Source: a virus (Duplodnaviria > Caudoviricetes). From it: 37,485 nucleotides of DNA. The notes beneath the pieces were generated by a model. That model was not told where the DNA came from, did no database searches, and saw nothing but the letters and a program-made list of their open reading frames with translations. The position numbers and the translations under genes were made by a program. The DNA is taken from the IMG/VR virus record IMGVR_UViG_3300017912_004110, positions 1 to 37,485 of that record; one strand, written 5' to 3'. Below, in pieces: positions 1-7,848 of the stretch (within the stretch, counting starts at the first letter, position 1; every line of letters begins with the position of its first letter).

Positions 1-1476
1 ATAAACTCCTGAGCCAATGGTAATTCTTTTTACTCCATTAGTACTTGCATTAAGTTCATCTGCTGCATCGGTAAAAAATCCACTGTTGTTATCGTCTTTA
101 AAAGTAATAGAAGGTTGTGAAGCGGTTCCTGAAGAAAAAATCCCGGTAGCTGCACTTATGTTTGAAGAAAAAATTCCGCTAGTTCCACTTATATTTCCTG
201 AAATAGTTCCGCTTGTGGTTAAATTATTTGCAGATAAATCTGTAAACACTCCTGTTGTATAACTAGTTGTAATTCCAGTAGCTGTTGTAGTATTTGTATT
301 TGTAAAATTGCCTGTTGTTGCGTTAATCGTTGTACCTGTTACATTTGTAAAAATGCCTGTAGAAAAGCTTGCAGTAGTACCAGTTGCTAAAGTATTAAAA
401 ATACCTGTAGTTGTTTCAACAGTAATTCCGGTAAAAGTATTTGCTGATACCTGTATAAAATTGCCTGAAAAAAAGTTTGCATTAACACCGCTTGCGAATG
501 GAAAAACACCGCTAGGTGCTTGGATTATTTCTGAGCCGCTAATTACTGAAGCATAAACATTTGAGCCACTGACAGTGTTATTTGTTAAAAGATCACCACT
601 TTCTACAAAAATATCGCCGCCAGTAATAGTAAATCCACTAAAACTACTTGACCATACTGGTGATTCTTGAGATCCTCTTGATATTAAAGGCTGGCCTATT
701 GATCCAAAGTCTGTTCCTGATATTCCTATCGCACCTTTATCATTTATTCTTATATGTTCAACACCACTTGTCGTAACACTTACTGTATTAGATGCAGAAC
801 TAAAGAAACCTGTGTCTTCGTCGTTTATAAAAGTAATAGATGGTAAAGAATTTGTGCCTGCATTTAGAATTAGTTTTGTAAAATTAACAGCACCCGTGAT
901 AGTTAATAATCCTGTTGCTGACAAATTATTTACAACAAGATCTTGTGCTGTTCCGCTATTTATTGTAATGACATTGTTAATAGTAAAATAATCAGTATTT
1001 CCAGAGGCAGTGGTAATATTATTAGTATTTATATTTGTTGTAAGAATATTATTAATATTTCCACTTGTTGCTATGATCGTATCACCACTTCCTGAAACAA
1101 AAGTAAGATCTGAAATTGTACCTGAACTTAAACTAAGATTATCTATTGATACATTTCCGTCAACATCTATATTTCCGCTGACATTTAAGTTTCCTGTTAT
1201 GGAAACTGATTGTGAAACAGTAATGTCATTATTAAATTGTGCGGCACCAATAAATGTACTAGTGCCACTGACTAACAAGCCTAAAACAGGAAAAGGATTG
1301 TTGTCTACAACATTAATAAAGTATTGATTTAAATATTCCCTAAAGCCACTAAATGTAATTTTTTTATTGCGCAGCGAAGGATCAACTTCAAAGACATCTA
1401 CTAAAGTAAGTATATCTTCATCAGTAATGTCCCCAGCCAATATGGCTGGGAATTCAGTCATCCTGCGATTAGGCAC
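1..1476 (-). CDS. Tail fibre / virion fibre protein, N-terminal part (runs off the left edge)
   Basis: Missing from the ORF track because no stop falls in the window. Read manually from GTG at 1476: MPNRRMTEFPAILAGDITDEDILTLVDVFEVDPSLRNKKITF..., then long S/G/T/N/I-rich beta-type repeats and a 'PSITFINDEDTGFFS' motif typical of phage fibre proteins. A TATAAT box lies upstream. Confidence 0.75.
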   Translation of the reverse strand, partial: MPNRRMTEFPAILAGDITDEDILTLVDVFEVDPSLRNKKITFSGFREYLNQYFINVVDNNPFPVLGLLVSGTSTFIGAAQFNNDITVSQSVSITGNLNVSGNIDVDGNVSIDNLSLSSGTISDLTFVSGSGDTIIATSGNINNILTTNINTNNITTASGNTDYFTINNVITINSGTAQDLVVNNLSATGLLTITGAVNFTKLILNAGTNSLPSITFINDEDTGFFSSASNTVSVTTSGVEHIRINDKGAIGISGTDFGSIGQPLISRGSQESPVWSSSFSGFTITGGDIFVESGDLLTNNTVSGSNVYASVISGSEIIQAPSGVFPFASGVNANFFSGNFIQVSANTFTGITVETTTGIFNTLATGTTASFSTGIFTNVTGTTINATTGNFTNTNTTTATGITTSYTTGVFTDLSANNLTTSGTISGNISGTSGIFSSNISAATGIFSSGTASQPSITFKDDNNSGFFTDAADELNASTNGVKRITIGSGVY

Positions 1477-1512
1477 ACTAAAAAATCCAACCTTTATTAA
1501 TTATAGGTTAGC

Positions 1513-1980
1513 TTAATTAGAACGAATTTCAATTCGTGGCAAAATATCAGTTGCAAAGTTCCAAGTTGCTTGAACAGCACTTACAGTAATGCAAGCCGCT
1601 AAAAAAACAGCTGCAATTTCAAATTTAGTTAAATTTCGTCTAACAATTCGCAAAGGCACAGGGACGGGATTATCTTCAGGCTCTTCTTCGGGAACCTGTG
1701 AAGGGGGAGCGTACTGAAACTGGGGAATATTTGCCGGATATTGTTGTGGAATATATTGTGAGGCATTCATTCCAGTGGGTGCAACCTGAGGCTGGGGCTG
1801 AGGCTGCGGTTGAGGCTGGCCTGCAAAAGGATTCATTGCTGGTGCTCCGGGTTGTTGTTGTGCAGGAGGCTGGCCAGTAATATCTTGAATTGCCTTTTGC
1901 ATGGCCATTCGACGCATGTCCTCAAAACTTGGCATTGAAGGTTGATTTGGAATCGTGCTATCAGTTGCTTGCTCTTCCAT
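1513..1980 (-). CDS. Gln/Pro-rich protein with a C-terminal hydrophobic helix (putative membrane-anchored)
   Basis: Likely start is ATG 1980 (MEEQATD...). Contains a QPQPQPQPQ run and a C-terminal hydrophobic stretch FEIAAVFLAACITVSAVQATW. Confidence 0.6.
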   Translation of the reverse strand: MEEQATDSTIPNQPSMPSFEDMRRMAMQKAIQDITGQPPAQQQPGAPAMNPFAGQPQPQPQPQPQVAPTGMNASQYIPQQYPANIPQFQYAPPSQVPEEEPEDNPVPVPLRIVRRNLTKFEIAAVFLAACITVSAVQATWNFATDILPRIEIRSN

Positions 1981-2003
1981 GATTAAACAGTTAATGTATA
2001 GAA

Positions 2004-2014
2004 ACTGTAGCATT
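2004..2014 (-). promoter_or_regulatory. Extended -10 promoter-like element (AATGCTACAGT)
   Basis: TGnTAnnnT pattern about 24 nt upstream of ATG 1980; resembles the elements upstream of the capsid and terminase genes. Confidence 0.35.
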
Positions 2015-2025
2015 TTTATAAACCG

Positions 2026-2466
2026 ATGGCGACCGATTTGTCAGATATTGCGTCTGAATTAAAAGGTATTCGTAACATTCTTGCCTCAATGTGGCACAGT
2101 CGTTATAAAGACGGCAACACAGATCAAGTTTCACCTGAAATATATGCTGATGAATATATTTCTACAGAAGAGTGCGCACGTCGATTGGCTGTTAGTGATC
2201 AAACAATTCGTAATTGGATTCTTCAAGGAAGAAAAGGTACAGGCTATGGCTGGACGCAAGGAGTTCATTACATCACTATTCCTGTTGGCCCTAAAAAAAC
2301 ATTAATTCGTATTCCATGGAACCATTTAATTCTTTCTTTTTGCAAAAATGAAGAGATTACTTTAAGAAGTTTTGATCAAAAAGGAAAAAAATTGTATGAT
2401 CGAAATACAAGACCACATTTAGATAATATTCCTAACCCAGCTATTCCTAATACGGATGACGATTAA
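2026..2466 (+). CDS. Helix-turn-helix DNA-binding protein (excisionase/MerR-like)
   Basis: YISTEECARRLAVSDQTIRNWI...W.QGVHY is a typical Xis-like winged-HTH pattern. Confidence 0.65.
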   Translation: MATDLSDIASELKGIRNILASMWHSRYKDGNTDQVSPEIYADEYISTEECARRLAVSDQTIRNWILQGRKGTGYGWTQGVHYITIPVGPKKTLIRIPWNHLILSFCKNEEITLRSFDQKGKKLYDRNTRPHLDNIPNPAIPNTDDD

Positions 2467-2960
2467 TGCCACATCGTTTTGACGATATAGATATAAATTC
2501 TTTAACTTTTGCAAATTATAAAGATATTTTGCCTAAAGTTTTAGCTTGTCAGGTGGAAATGTTTCTTCCTCCAGAGGGATCCTTTGATGAACCTACAATG
2601 CGACGATACATTCAATCAATTAAAAATTTTGAATTAGAAGATCCTAATAGTCAAACGACTTTGGCTAATCGCTTGCGTTTGGCTTTTCAAGATATGGTAC
2701 CTGATACTATTTGTTCACGTTTTCCAAATGCAGACCTTCCTTTAAAAAGACGTTTACGTTGTGTTGCTGAATACCTAATTCGTTCGCAAGAGTTTGTGAA
2801 AAAGAAAGATGAAAATGGTAAGCTAGTCAAAAAGAGAGGAGTTCTTGGCAAAATGGTCGTTATTTACGAACCAATGCCCAAGCTTCTTGCTGTTCTTAAA
2901 AAACAAGGATTAATTAAACATGGCCACCAGAGAGGAATTAATCCAGGGGATCCTGGGTAA
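2466..2960 (+). CDS. Hypothetical protein
   Basis: 164-aa ORF, translationally coupled to the upstream gene (TAATG). Confidence 0.7.
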   Translation: MPHRFDDIDINSLTFANYKDILPKVLACQVEMFLPPEGSFDEPTMRRYIQSIKNFELEDPNSQTTLANRLRLAFQDMVPDTICSRFPNADLPLKRRLRCVAEYLIRSQEFVKKKDENGKLVKKRGVLGKMVVIYEPMPKLLAVLKKQGLIKHGHQRGINPGDPG

Positions 2961-3288
2961 AGAAGGTAAGCCTGAGTATCTTGACTCTGTAGTCAAGATG
3001 ATTCTTGGGGATATGGGAGAATTTTACAGGAAATTTTGGCAGGAAGCTGGACCAGGGGTGATGGTTTTGCAACCAGGGCAAGAAGATTCAGGTATGTTTT
3101 GGTTGACTCTTGAGGCGTTGAATCAAGCTAAAAACGATTCTGAATCAAAGGATTTTGCAGAGCATATGGAAATTGTATTAAAGTCTGCTCAAAAAATAAA
3201 TCCAGAGGAAAAAGCTGGTTATTTACTATGGGATCATAGAGGTACACGTTACTTTGAAATAGATTACAATAAGGTTGTAGATGTCTAA
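2920..3288 (+). CDS. Hypothetical protein
   Basis: 122-aa ORF overlapping the upstream gene by 41 nt and coupled to the downstream gene (TAATG). Confidence 0.7.
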   Translation: MATREELIQGILGKEGKPEYLDSVVKMILGDMGEFYRKFWQEAGPGVMVLQPGQEDSGMFWLTLEALNQAKNDSESKDFAEHMEIVLKSAQKINPEEKAGYLLWDHRGTRYFEIDYNKVVDV

Positions 3289-3881
3289 TGGGCTTAAAAC
3301 GCGGCAATATCCGTTCCGAAGATTTTGAATGGATTACAAATAGAGATTTAATTGATTCTGCTCATTTTGTTTTGGGCAGAATTGATTTAGATCCCGCAAG
3401 CTCAGACGTAGCAAATAAATACGTTAATGCTAAAAAATACTTTACTGTTAAAGAAGATGGTTTAAATGAGCAGATATGGCACGGAAATGTTTATTTATTT
3501 CCTCCAGCAAATTCATATTTTTGGCATAAAAAATCACAGCGCTGGAAGGTGACACGTGGATTATCGCCTACATTAACAGCAGGCCACGCTGTGTGGTGGA
3601 AAGCAATTAAACGTAAGTGGTTATCTGGTGAAATAGAATCAGGAATTTATTTTACAAATTACATTGACATGGCTATGTATTGCCAAGATATTTTTGATCA
3701 TCCTGTATGCATTTTGAAAAGTCGTCCTAATTTAATTCGACATTATTTTCATAAAGACCAGTTAATAAACCGTACCACAAGCTGTTCAATGGTTGTTTAT
3801 CTACAACCCAAGACAAATATAGAAGAATCTACAGAGTGTTTTATTGAAACCTATAGCCCCAAAGGAAGAGTTATCCTGTAA
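3288..3881 (+). CDS. Phage Dam-like N6-adenine methyltransferase homologue with altered catalytic motif
   Basis: W.T...IDLDPASS..AN..V.A..YFT..EDGL...W.GNVYL matches the phage Dam-type family, but the expected NPPY reads FPPA. Confidence 0.7.
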   Translation: MGLKRGNIRSEDFEWITNRDLIDSAHFVLGRIDLDPASSDVANKYVNAKKYFTVKEDGLNEQIWHGNVYLFPPANSYFWHKKSQRWKVTRGLSPTLTAGHAVWWKAIKRKWLSGEIESGIYFTNYIDMAMYCQDIFDHPVCILKSRPNLIRHYFHKDQLINRTTSCSMVVYLQPKTNIEESTECFIETYSPKGRVIL

Positions 3882-3904
3882 AGTATAAAAATTGCTATAA
3901 GAAT

Positions 3905-4489
3905 ATGAGCATTTTAAGCGACCAAGAACTCAAGACTCTTGCAGAAGAAGGCATGATTCAACCTTTTTCTGATCGTCTTATTAATGAACGTGATGGTATT
4001 AAATTGTTAAGCTATGGACTTAGTTCATATGGATACGATATTCGTTTGTCACCCAGTCAGTGTCTTCTTTTTGGAGGTGTTCAACACGGTATGTGTGATG
4101 TAAAAAATTTTGATCCTGAAATTTTAAAAGAAACTGAATTGCATGAAGACGAACGCGGTCGCTTTTTTATACTGCCTCCTTTTGGTTATTGTCTTGGTTT
4201 TGCCATGGAATACATCAAGTTGCCCAGGGATATTACAGTCGTTGCGGTTGGTAAAAGCACGTATGCACGTGCGGGAATCATGGCAAATATCACTCCGGCA
4301 GAAGCGGGATGGGAAGGACACCTAACCCTGGAAATCAGTAACTGCACTCCTTTATTTAATAAAATCTATGCTGATGAAGGCATTTGCCAACTATTATTTC
4401 ATCGGGGTAAACCCTGCGATGTTAGTTATCAAGAACGTAAAGGAAAGTATCAAAATCAACCAGCTGAAGTAGTATTATCTCGTATCTAA
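3905..4489 (+). CDS. dcd: dCTP deaminase
   Basis: SYGLSSYGYDIRL, GKSTYAR, TPAEAGWEGHLTLEISN, IYADEGICQLLF and SY.ERKGKYQNQ motifs; cyanobacterial-like sequence. Confidence 0.95.
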   Translation: MSILSDQELKTLAEEGMIQPFSDRLINERDGIKLLSYGLSSYGYDIRLSPSQCLLFGGVQHGMCDVKNFDPEILKETELHEDERGRFFILPPFGYCLGFAMEYIKLPRDITVVAVGKSTYARAGIMANITPAEAGWEGHLTLEISNCTPLFNKIYADEGICQLLFHRGKPCDVSYQERKGKYQNQPAEVVLSRI

Positions 4490-4842
4490 ACGAAAGGTTT
4501 TCCAAAGAAACCTTTCGGTTTGTCAGCATAGTTGGTAGAACCTGCGTAAGGGAAATCATCTCCCTCAACAAAACCAGCTAATTGTCCTTGCCTATCTGTA
4601 TATGGCTGATCAATTTGACGCTTTTGACGAAACTTCGCGGCGCTACGTGCTGCTCTCAAAGACTTTCCAACACGATTCTGCTTTGCTTTACCCTCAGTAT
4701 CAGCAAGATATGAAGTTACCCTTTCTTCAGGGTCAAGATTTCTTAAATCAACGTCATACTTTCCTTCGGGATTTAAATCAGAAGTAAAGTTTACAGATGA
4801 TGCAGAACCTTTTAAGGGATTGTAGTTAGATGAGTAAGCCAT
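4486..4842 (-). CDS. Hypothetical protein
   Basis: 118-aa ORF with ATG start and an upstream TATAAT; fills the gap between dcd and the divergent gene. Confidence 0.65.
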   Translation of the reverse strand: MAYSSNYNPLKGSASSVNFTSDLNPEGKYDVDLRNLDPEERVTSYLADTEGKAKQNRVGKSLRAARSAAKFRQKRQIDQPYTDRQGQLAGFVEGDDFPYAGSTNYADKPKGFFGKPFV

Positions 4843-4878
4843 AGTCCAATTATAATTAAGGTAAACTATAAAAGTAAA

Positions 4879-5244
4879 ATGGGTTTTCTAAATGAATTTA
4901 TGGGTAATAATGATACCCTAAAAAGTCGCTTGGCCACTATTGATACATTTGGTCAACCGCTTGCAAATGAAACACATGATGTGCCAGTTTACGATCAATA
5001 CAATACTGGTCTTGCTGTAACTCAGCAAAACATGTCAGATCGTGTTAATTTAGCAGTAGATCCAAGAGTGCAACCACGATGCGGAGTAACGGGAACAATT
5101 CCATCGGCGGAGGAGGGAATGATGCATGGAGCGCAACCTCAGCCACGTCAATTGATTGTGGATATGGGTCAACTATCTCCGGAAGAGCAGGAAGTGACGA
5201 AATTCAATCAACGTCGTCTTCTGGGTGGTTTGAACCGATCGTAG
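4879..5244 (+). CDS. Hypothetical protein
   Basis: 121-aa ORF with ATG start after an AT-rich divergent intergenic region. Confidence 0.65.
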   Translation: MGFLNEFMGNNDTLKSRLATIDTFGQPLANETHDVPVYDQYNTGLAVTQQNMSDRVNLAVDPRVQPRCGVTGTIPSAEEGMMHGAQPQPRQLIVDMGQLSPEEQEVTKFNQRRLLGGLNRS

Positions 5245-5519
5245 ATGAACCAACTGATTGCCCAGGTGGTGTTTGTCCTGTTCCTTGGGCAACAAAAGAA
5301 CGTCCTATTTTAATAGATAATGTCAATCATCCCGAGCATTACAACTCTGGTGGTATTGAATGCATCGAAGCAATTGAAGCGCAGCTAACGCCAGAAGAAT
5401 ATAGAGGCTACTTAAAAGGTAACGTAGCAAAATATGTTTGGCGCGAAAAGCATAAAGGGGGTATTGAGTCACTAAAAAAAGCAAGTTGGTATTTAAATAG
5501 ATTGATGAATTTAGAATAG
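5079..5519 (+). CDS. DUF3310 (T7 gp1.7 nucleotide-kinase-like) domain protein; start uncertain
   Basis: DNVNHPEHYNSGGIECIEAI...GYLKGNVAKYVWREKHKGGIESLKKASWYL is the DUF3310 signature, preceded by CPGGVCPVPW. The ATG lies 166 nt inside the upstream gene. Confidence 0.8.
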   Translation: MRSNGNNSIGGGGNDAWSATSATSIDCGYGSTISGRAGSDEIQSTSSSGWFEPIVDEPTDCPGGVCPVPWATKERPILIDNVNHPEHYNSGGIECIEAIEAQLTPEEYRGYLKGNVAKYVWREKHKGGIESLKKASWYLNRLMNLE

Positions 5520-5541
5520 ATATAGTTATGTTTAAGGTTTA

Positions 5542-6243
5542 ATGTCTGAACCCAAAGTCACCAAAGGCGCTCTTTCTTATTATAAAAGACGCCTTGCTGC
5601 GTACAAAGATCAAATTAAAGATTTAAAAGGTGAAAAAAAAGACTTAACTACTAGGCTAAAAGGTCTCAAAGGCCGTGGGGACAAAGAAAAGAAAGACTAC
5701 CGTAAAGGTCTTAAGTCTCGACGGTCAATGACTAAAAGAAGACTTCAAGATGTTAAAAGCAGAGCTCAAGAAACTAGGGCAAGACGTAGAAGCTTGAAAG
5801 AAAGCATGGGCAAAAACGTTAAGGATAAAGATAAAAAAGACACTCCTTCAACACGTAAATCTCCTTATTCTAAAAGCTTAGGTTCTCGTCGCCCTGCTTC
5901 CGGGTCTAGTCGTGGTCCTAAGCCTCCAGCACCTCCTAGGCCTCCCGCGGGTCGTCGTCCTCCCGCACCTGGTCGCAATCCCGAAAAACCCAATCGTGGT
6001 CCCAAGAGAGGAGGAGGTGGTCGTCTTGCCTCTGCACCACAAGGAACCCGTCGTTATGGTGCTAAGCAACCTGGACCGGGTAGCCGTCGTCACACCGATA
6101 GTCGTAATCCCGCAAACAAAGGATCTCTGCGTAGTAGGGGAATCGCTAAAGGAGGTCGTCGTTCTATGAAACCCAGTGATCGTTCAAAAGAGTCAATGAA
6201 AGAGAAAATGGCACGTTTAAGAGCAATGCGTAAAAAACGGTAA
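5542..6243 (+). CDS. Highly basic Lys/Arg/Pro-rich protein (putative DNA-condensing core protein)
   Basis: 233 aa with an N-terminal basic coiled coil, a PPAPPRPPAG linker and a C-terminal KEKMARLRAMRKKR. Confidence 0.65.
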   Translation: MSEPKVTKGALSYYKRRLAAYKDQIKDLKGEKKDLTTRLKGLKGRGDKEKKDYRKGLKSRRSMTKRRLQDVKSRAQETRARRRSLKESMGKNVKDKDKKDTPSTRKSPYSKSLGSRRPASGSSRGPKPPAPPRPPAGRRPPAPGRNPEKPNRGPKRGGGGRLASAPQGTRRYGAKQPGPGSRRHTDSRNPANKGSLRSRGIAKGGRRSMKPSDRSKESMKEKMARLRAMRKKR

Positions 6244-6383
6244 TGGCTAATCCAGATTATTATGATTTAAAAAAATTGCGGCAGTTGTACGATAAGCCCA
6301 AAGGTAAACCAAAGGCTAATCCCAACACCGCAATTTTTTCTAAATCAAAAAATTCTGAAAAGAAAAAATCAAGCAAAAATTGA
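6243..6383 (+). CDS. Small basic hypothetical protein (46 aa)
   Basis: Below the track cutoff. TAATG-coupled to the upstream gene; reads MANPDYYDLKKLRQLYDKPKGKPKANPNTAIFSKSKNSEKKKSSKN. Confidence 0.5.
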   Translation: MANPDYYDLKKLRQLYDKPKGKPKANPNTAIFSKSKNSEKKKSSKN

Positions 6384-6674
6384 AGGCGGTTCTTCTCCGT
6401 CTTCAATTTCATCAATACCTTCTTCAAGCATAAGCCTTGCAATGGCTAGCTCTTGCAATTCAATATCAGAAGGAATATTGAATTCAACATCTAGACCCTC
6501 TGAAGCGAGCAAATCTTTAATTGCTTGCAACTCCATTAAACGACGTCCAAATAAATTTAAAACAACAACCTGAAGTTGGTCCCAGGTCATTTCTTGTGCT
6601 GCCAATTCAGCCTTTCGCATAGCAAGTTGCATGTGCAAAGGCATCTCATACTCTTTCATACTATCTTTTTCCAT
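6369..6674 (-). CDS. nblA: NblA-like phycobilisome degradation protein with acidic C-terminal extension
   Basis: MPLHMQLAMRKAELAAQEMTWDQLQVVVLNLFGRRLMELQAIKDLL aligns without gaps to the NblA pattern LsLEQQFxxRxxxxxvQxMSxDQxxxxLxxLYxQMxxxExxYxxLL (recalled from memory, aligned by eye). Confidence 0.65.
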   Translation of the reverse strand: MEKDSMKEYEMPLHMQLAMRKAELAAQEMTWDQLQVVVLNLFGRRLMELQAIKDLLASEGLDVEFNIPSDIELQELAIARLMLEEGIDEIEDGEEPPSIFA

Positions 6675-6699
6675 TGCTGTTTAAATCACTGATTTTATT

Positions 6700-7374
6700 C
6701 TACTTCCAGTTCTGATAAATAGCTTGCAGTTCTTCTTCTGAAAGATCAGCAGAATAAATCCTGTTGTAAGAATCCTCAAAAAAACTATTCATAAATGCAG
6801 ACAAAGCATATGGATTTATACATTCTTGAAATTGTCTGATTGCAGCAACTTGTTTTTTTGATGCTGTATACTCTCTAAAAGCTTTCAGCAATAAATCTTT
6901 AAAAGCATATTCAAAATCTTGCTGTTCTTTTAAGAATAATTTAATTTCATTTCTACGTCGATCAATCAATCCACCAATAACTTTGTGTTGATTGTCAAAA
7001 ATCCAGCACGCCATATCTTCTGTTGCTTCAACATAGTCTTCATTTTCTAAATGATCTACAATGTTGCTATATAAGAATGCATCCCATCCGATAGAATGCA
7101 CAAAAGAAATCAAGGCACATAACATGCTTTGATTTAAGCCTAAATTTAATTTAAGAATTTGTTTTGCAATAATATCTATTTCATTAACAAGGTATTCAAA
7201 AGCTTTTTCTTTTGTTACATAATGACCTTGTTTTACAGGTGTTCCATCAGGATAAAACTGTGTACCATATCCTATGGTGTATGGTTCTTTTCCTGTCTCT
7301 GGATCAGGATAGGCTTTCTCATTAAAACCTTCAAAAGTTTTAATAAGTAATAATGCATCTTTATAGGGATACAT
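6700..7374 (-). CDS. GH24 phage lysozyme (endolysin) with a C-terminal helical domain
   Basis: LIKTFEG...AYPD...PYTIGYGT catalytic region (E, D, T), ALISFVHSIG and GLIDRRRNE, followed by about 75 extra residues. Confidence 0.9.
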   Translation of the reverse strand: MYPYKDALLLIKTFEGFNEKAYPDPETGKEPYTIGYGTQFYPDGTPVKQGHYVTKEKAFEYLVNEIDIIAKQILKLNLGLNQSMLCALISFVHSIGWDAFLYSNIVDHLENEDYVEATEDMACWIFDNQHKVIGGLIDRRRNEIKLFLKEQQDFEYAFKDLLLKAFREYTASKKQVAAIRQFQECINPYALSAFMNSFFEDSYNRIYSADLSEEELQAIYQNWK

Positions 7375-7403
7375 AGTTTTACCACATATCTCCTAAGTTT
7401 ACA

Positions 7404-7517
7404 TTACTTTCCTTGTCCGCGAGTTTTTTTGCGGCCGTGATTTGCTTTAGAGTGTTTGCCTTGACCTTGACACGTTTTTTTGGGCTTACCAACTACATAG
7501 TGATTGCCTTTGTTCAT
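7404..7517 (-). CDS. Small basic phage protein ending in RGQGK (37 aa)
   Basis: Below the track cutoff; reads MNKGNHYVVGKPKKTCQGQGKHSKANHGRKKTRGQGK. The PKKT.QG...RGQG pattern is common in aquatic phages. TACAAT lies upstream. Confidence 0.7.
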   Translation of the reverse strand: MNKGNHYVVGKPKKTCQGQGKHSKANHGRKKTRGQGK

Positions 7518-7549
7518 GAGCCTAAAGATACTTCACACATATTGTACAT

Positions 7550-7846
7550 TCACCATTTCACTTTATGTGACCAGTATCTAGCACTGAAAATACTAGGTTT
7601 GCTGTCTTGAGCATTATGTCTTGCATAATAAGACTTTTTACGCGCTTTGTCTTTAGCTGTTTTTGGATTTTTTCCTGCTCCTTTGACTCCTTGCTGTCCA
7701 AAGCGAATAATTTTTTCTTTTCCGTCTTTACATGCTTTAACTACATGAGATTTGGTTGGGTGCTTAGGTGTCCTTTGTGGCTTGTTACAAGCCATTTTGT
7801 CTTTATGTAATTTAGCTGCTGAAGCTGCTTTTTTATGTTGAGACAT
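7550..7846 (-). CDS. Conserved basic phage protein
   Basis: KSHVVKAC..GKEKIIRFGQQG...RKKSYYARH...SARYWS pattern, familiar from aquatic phage hypothetical proteins. Confidence 0.75.
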   Translation of the reverse strand: MSQHKKAASAAKLHKDKMACNKPQRTPKHPTKSHVVKACKDGKEKIIRFGQQGVKGAGKNPKTAKDKARKKSYYARHNAQDSKPSIFSARYWSHKVKW

Positions 7847-7848
7847 TA

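Noticed and set aside
17-1327. Three plus-strand ORFs (17-262, 308-556, 1010-1327) rich in V/P/L/I
   Set aside because: They are antisense shadows of the repetitive minus-strand fibre gene spanning 1-1476.
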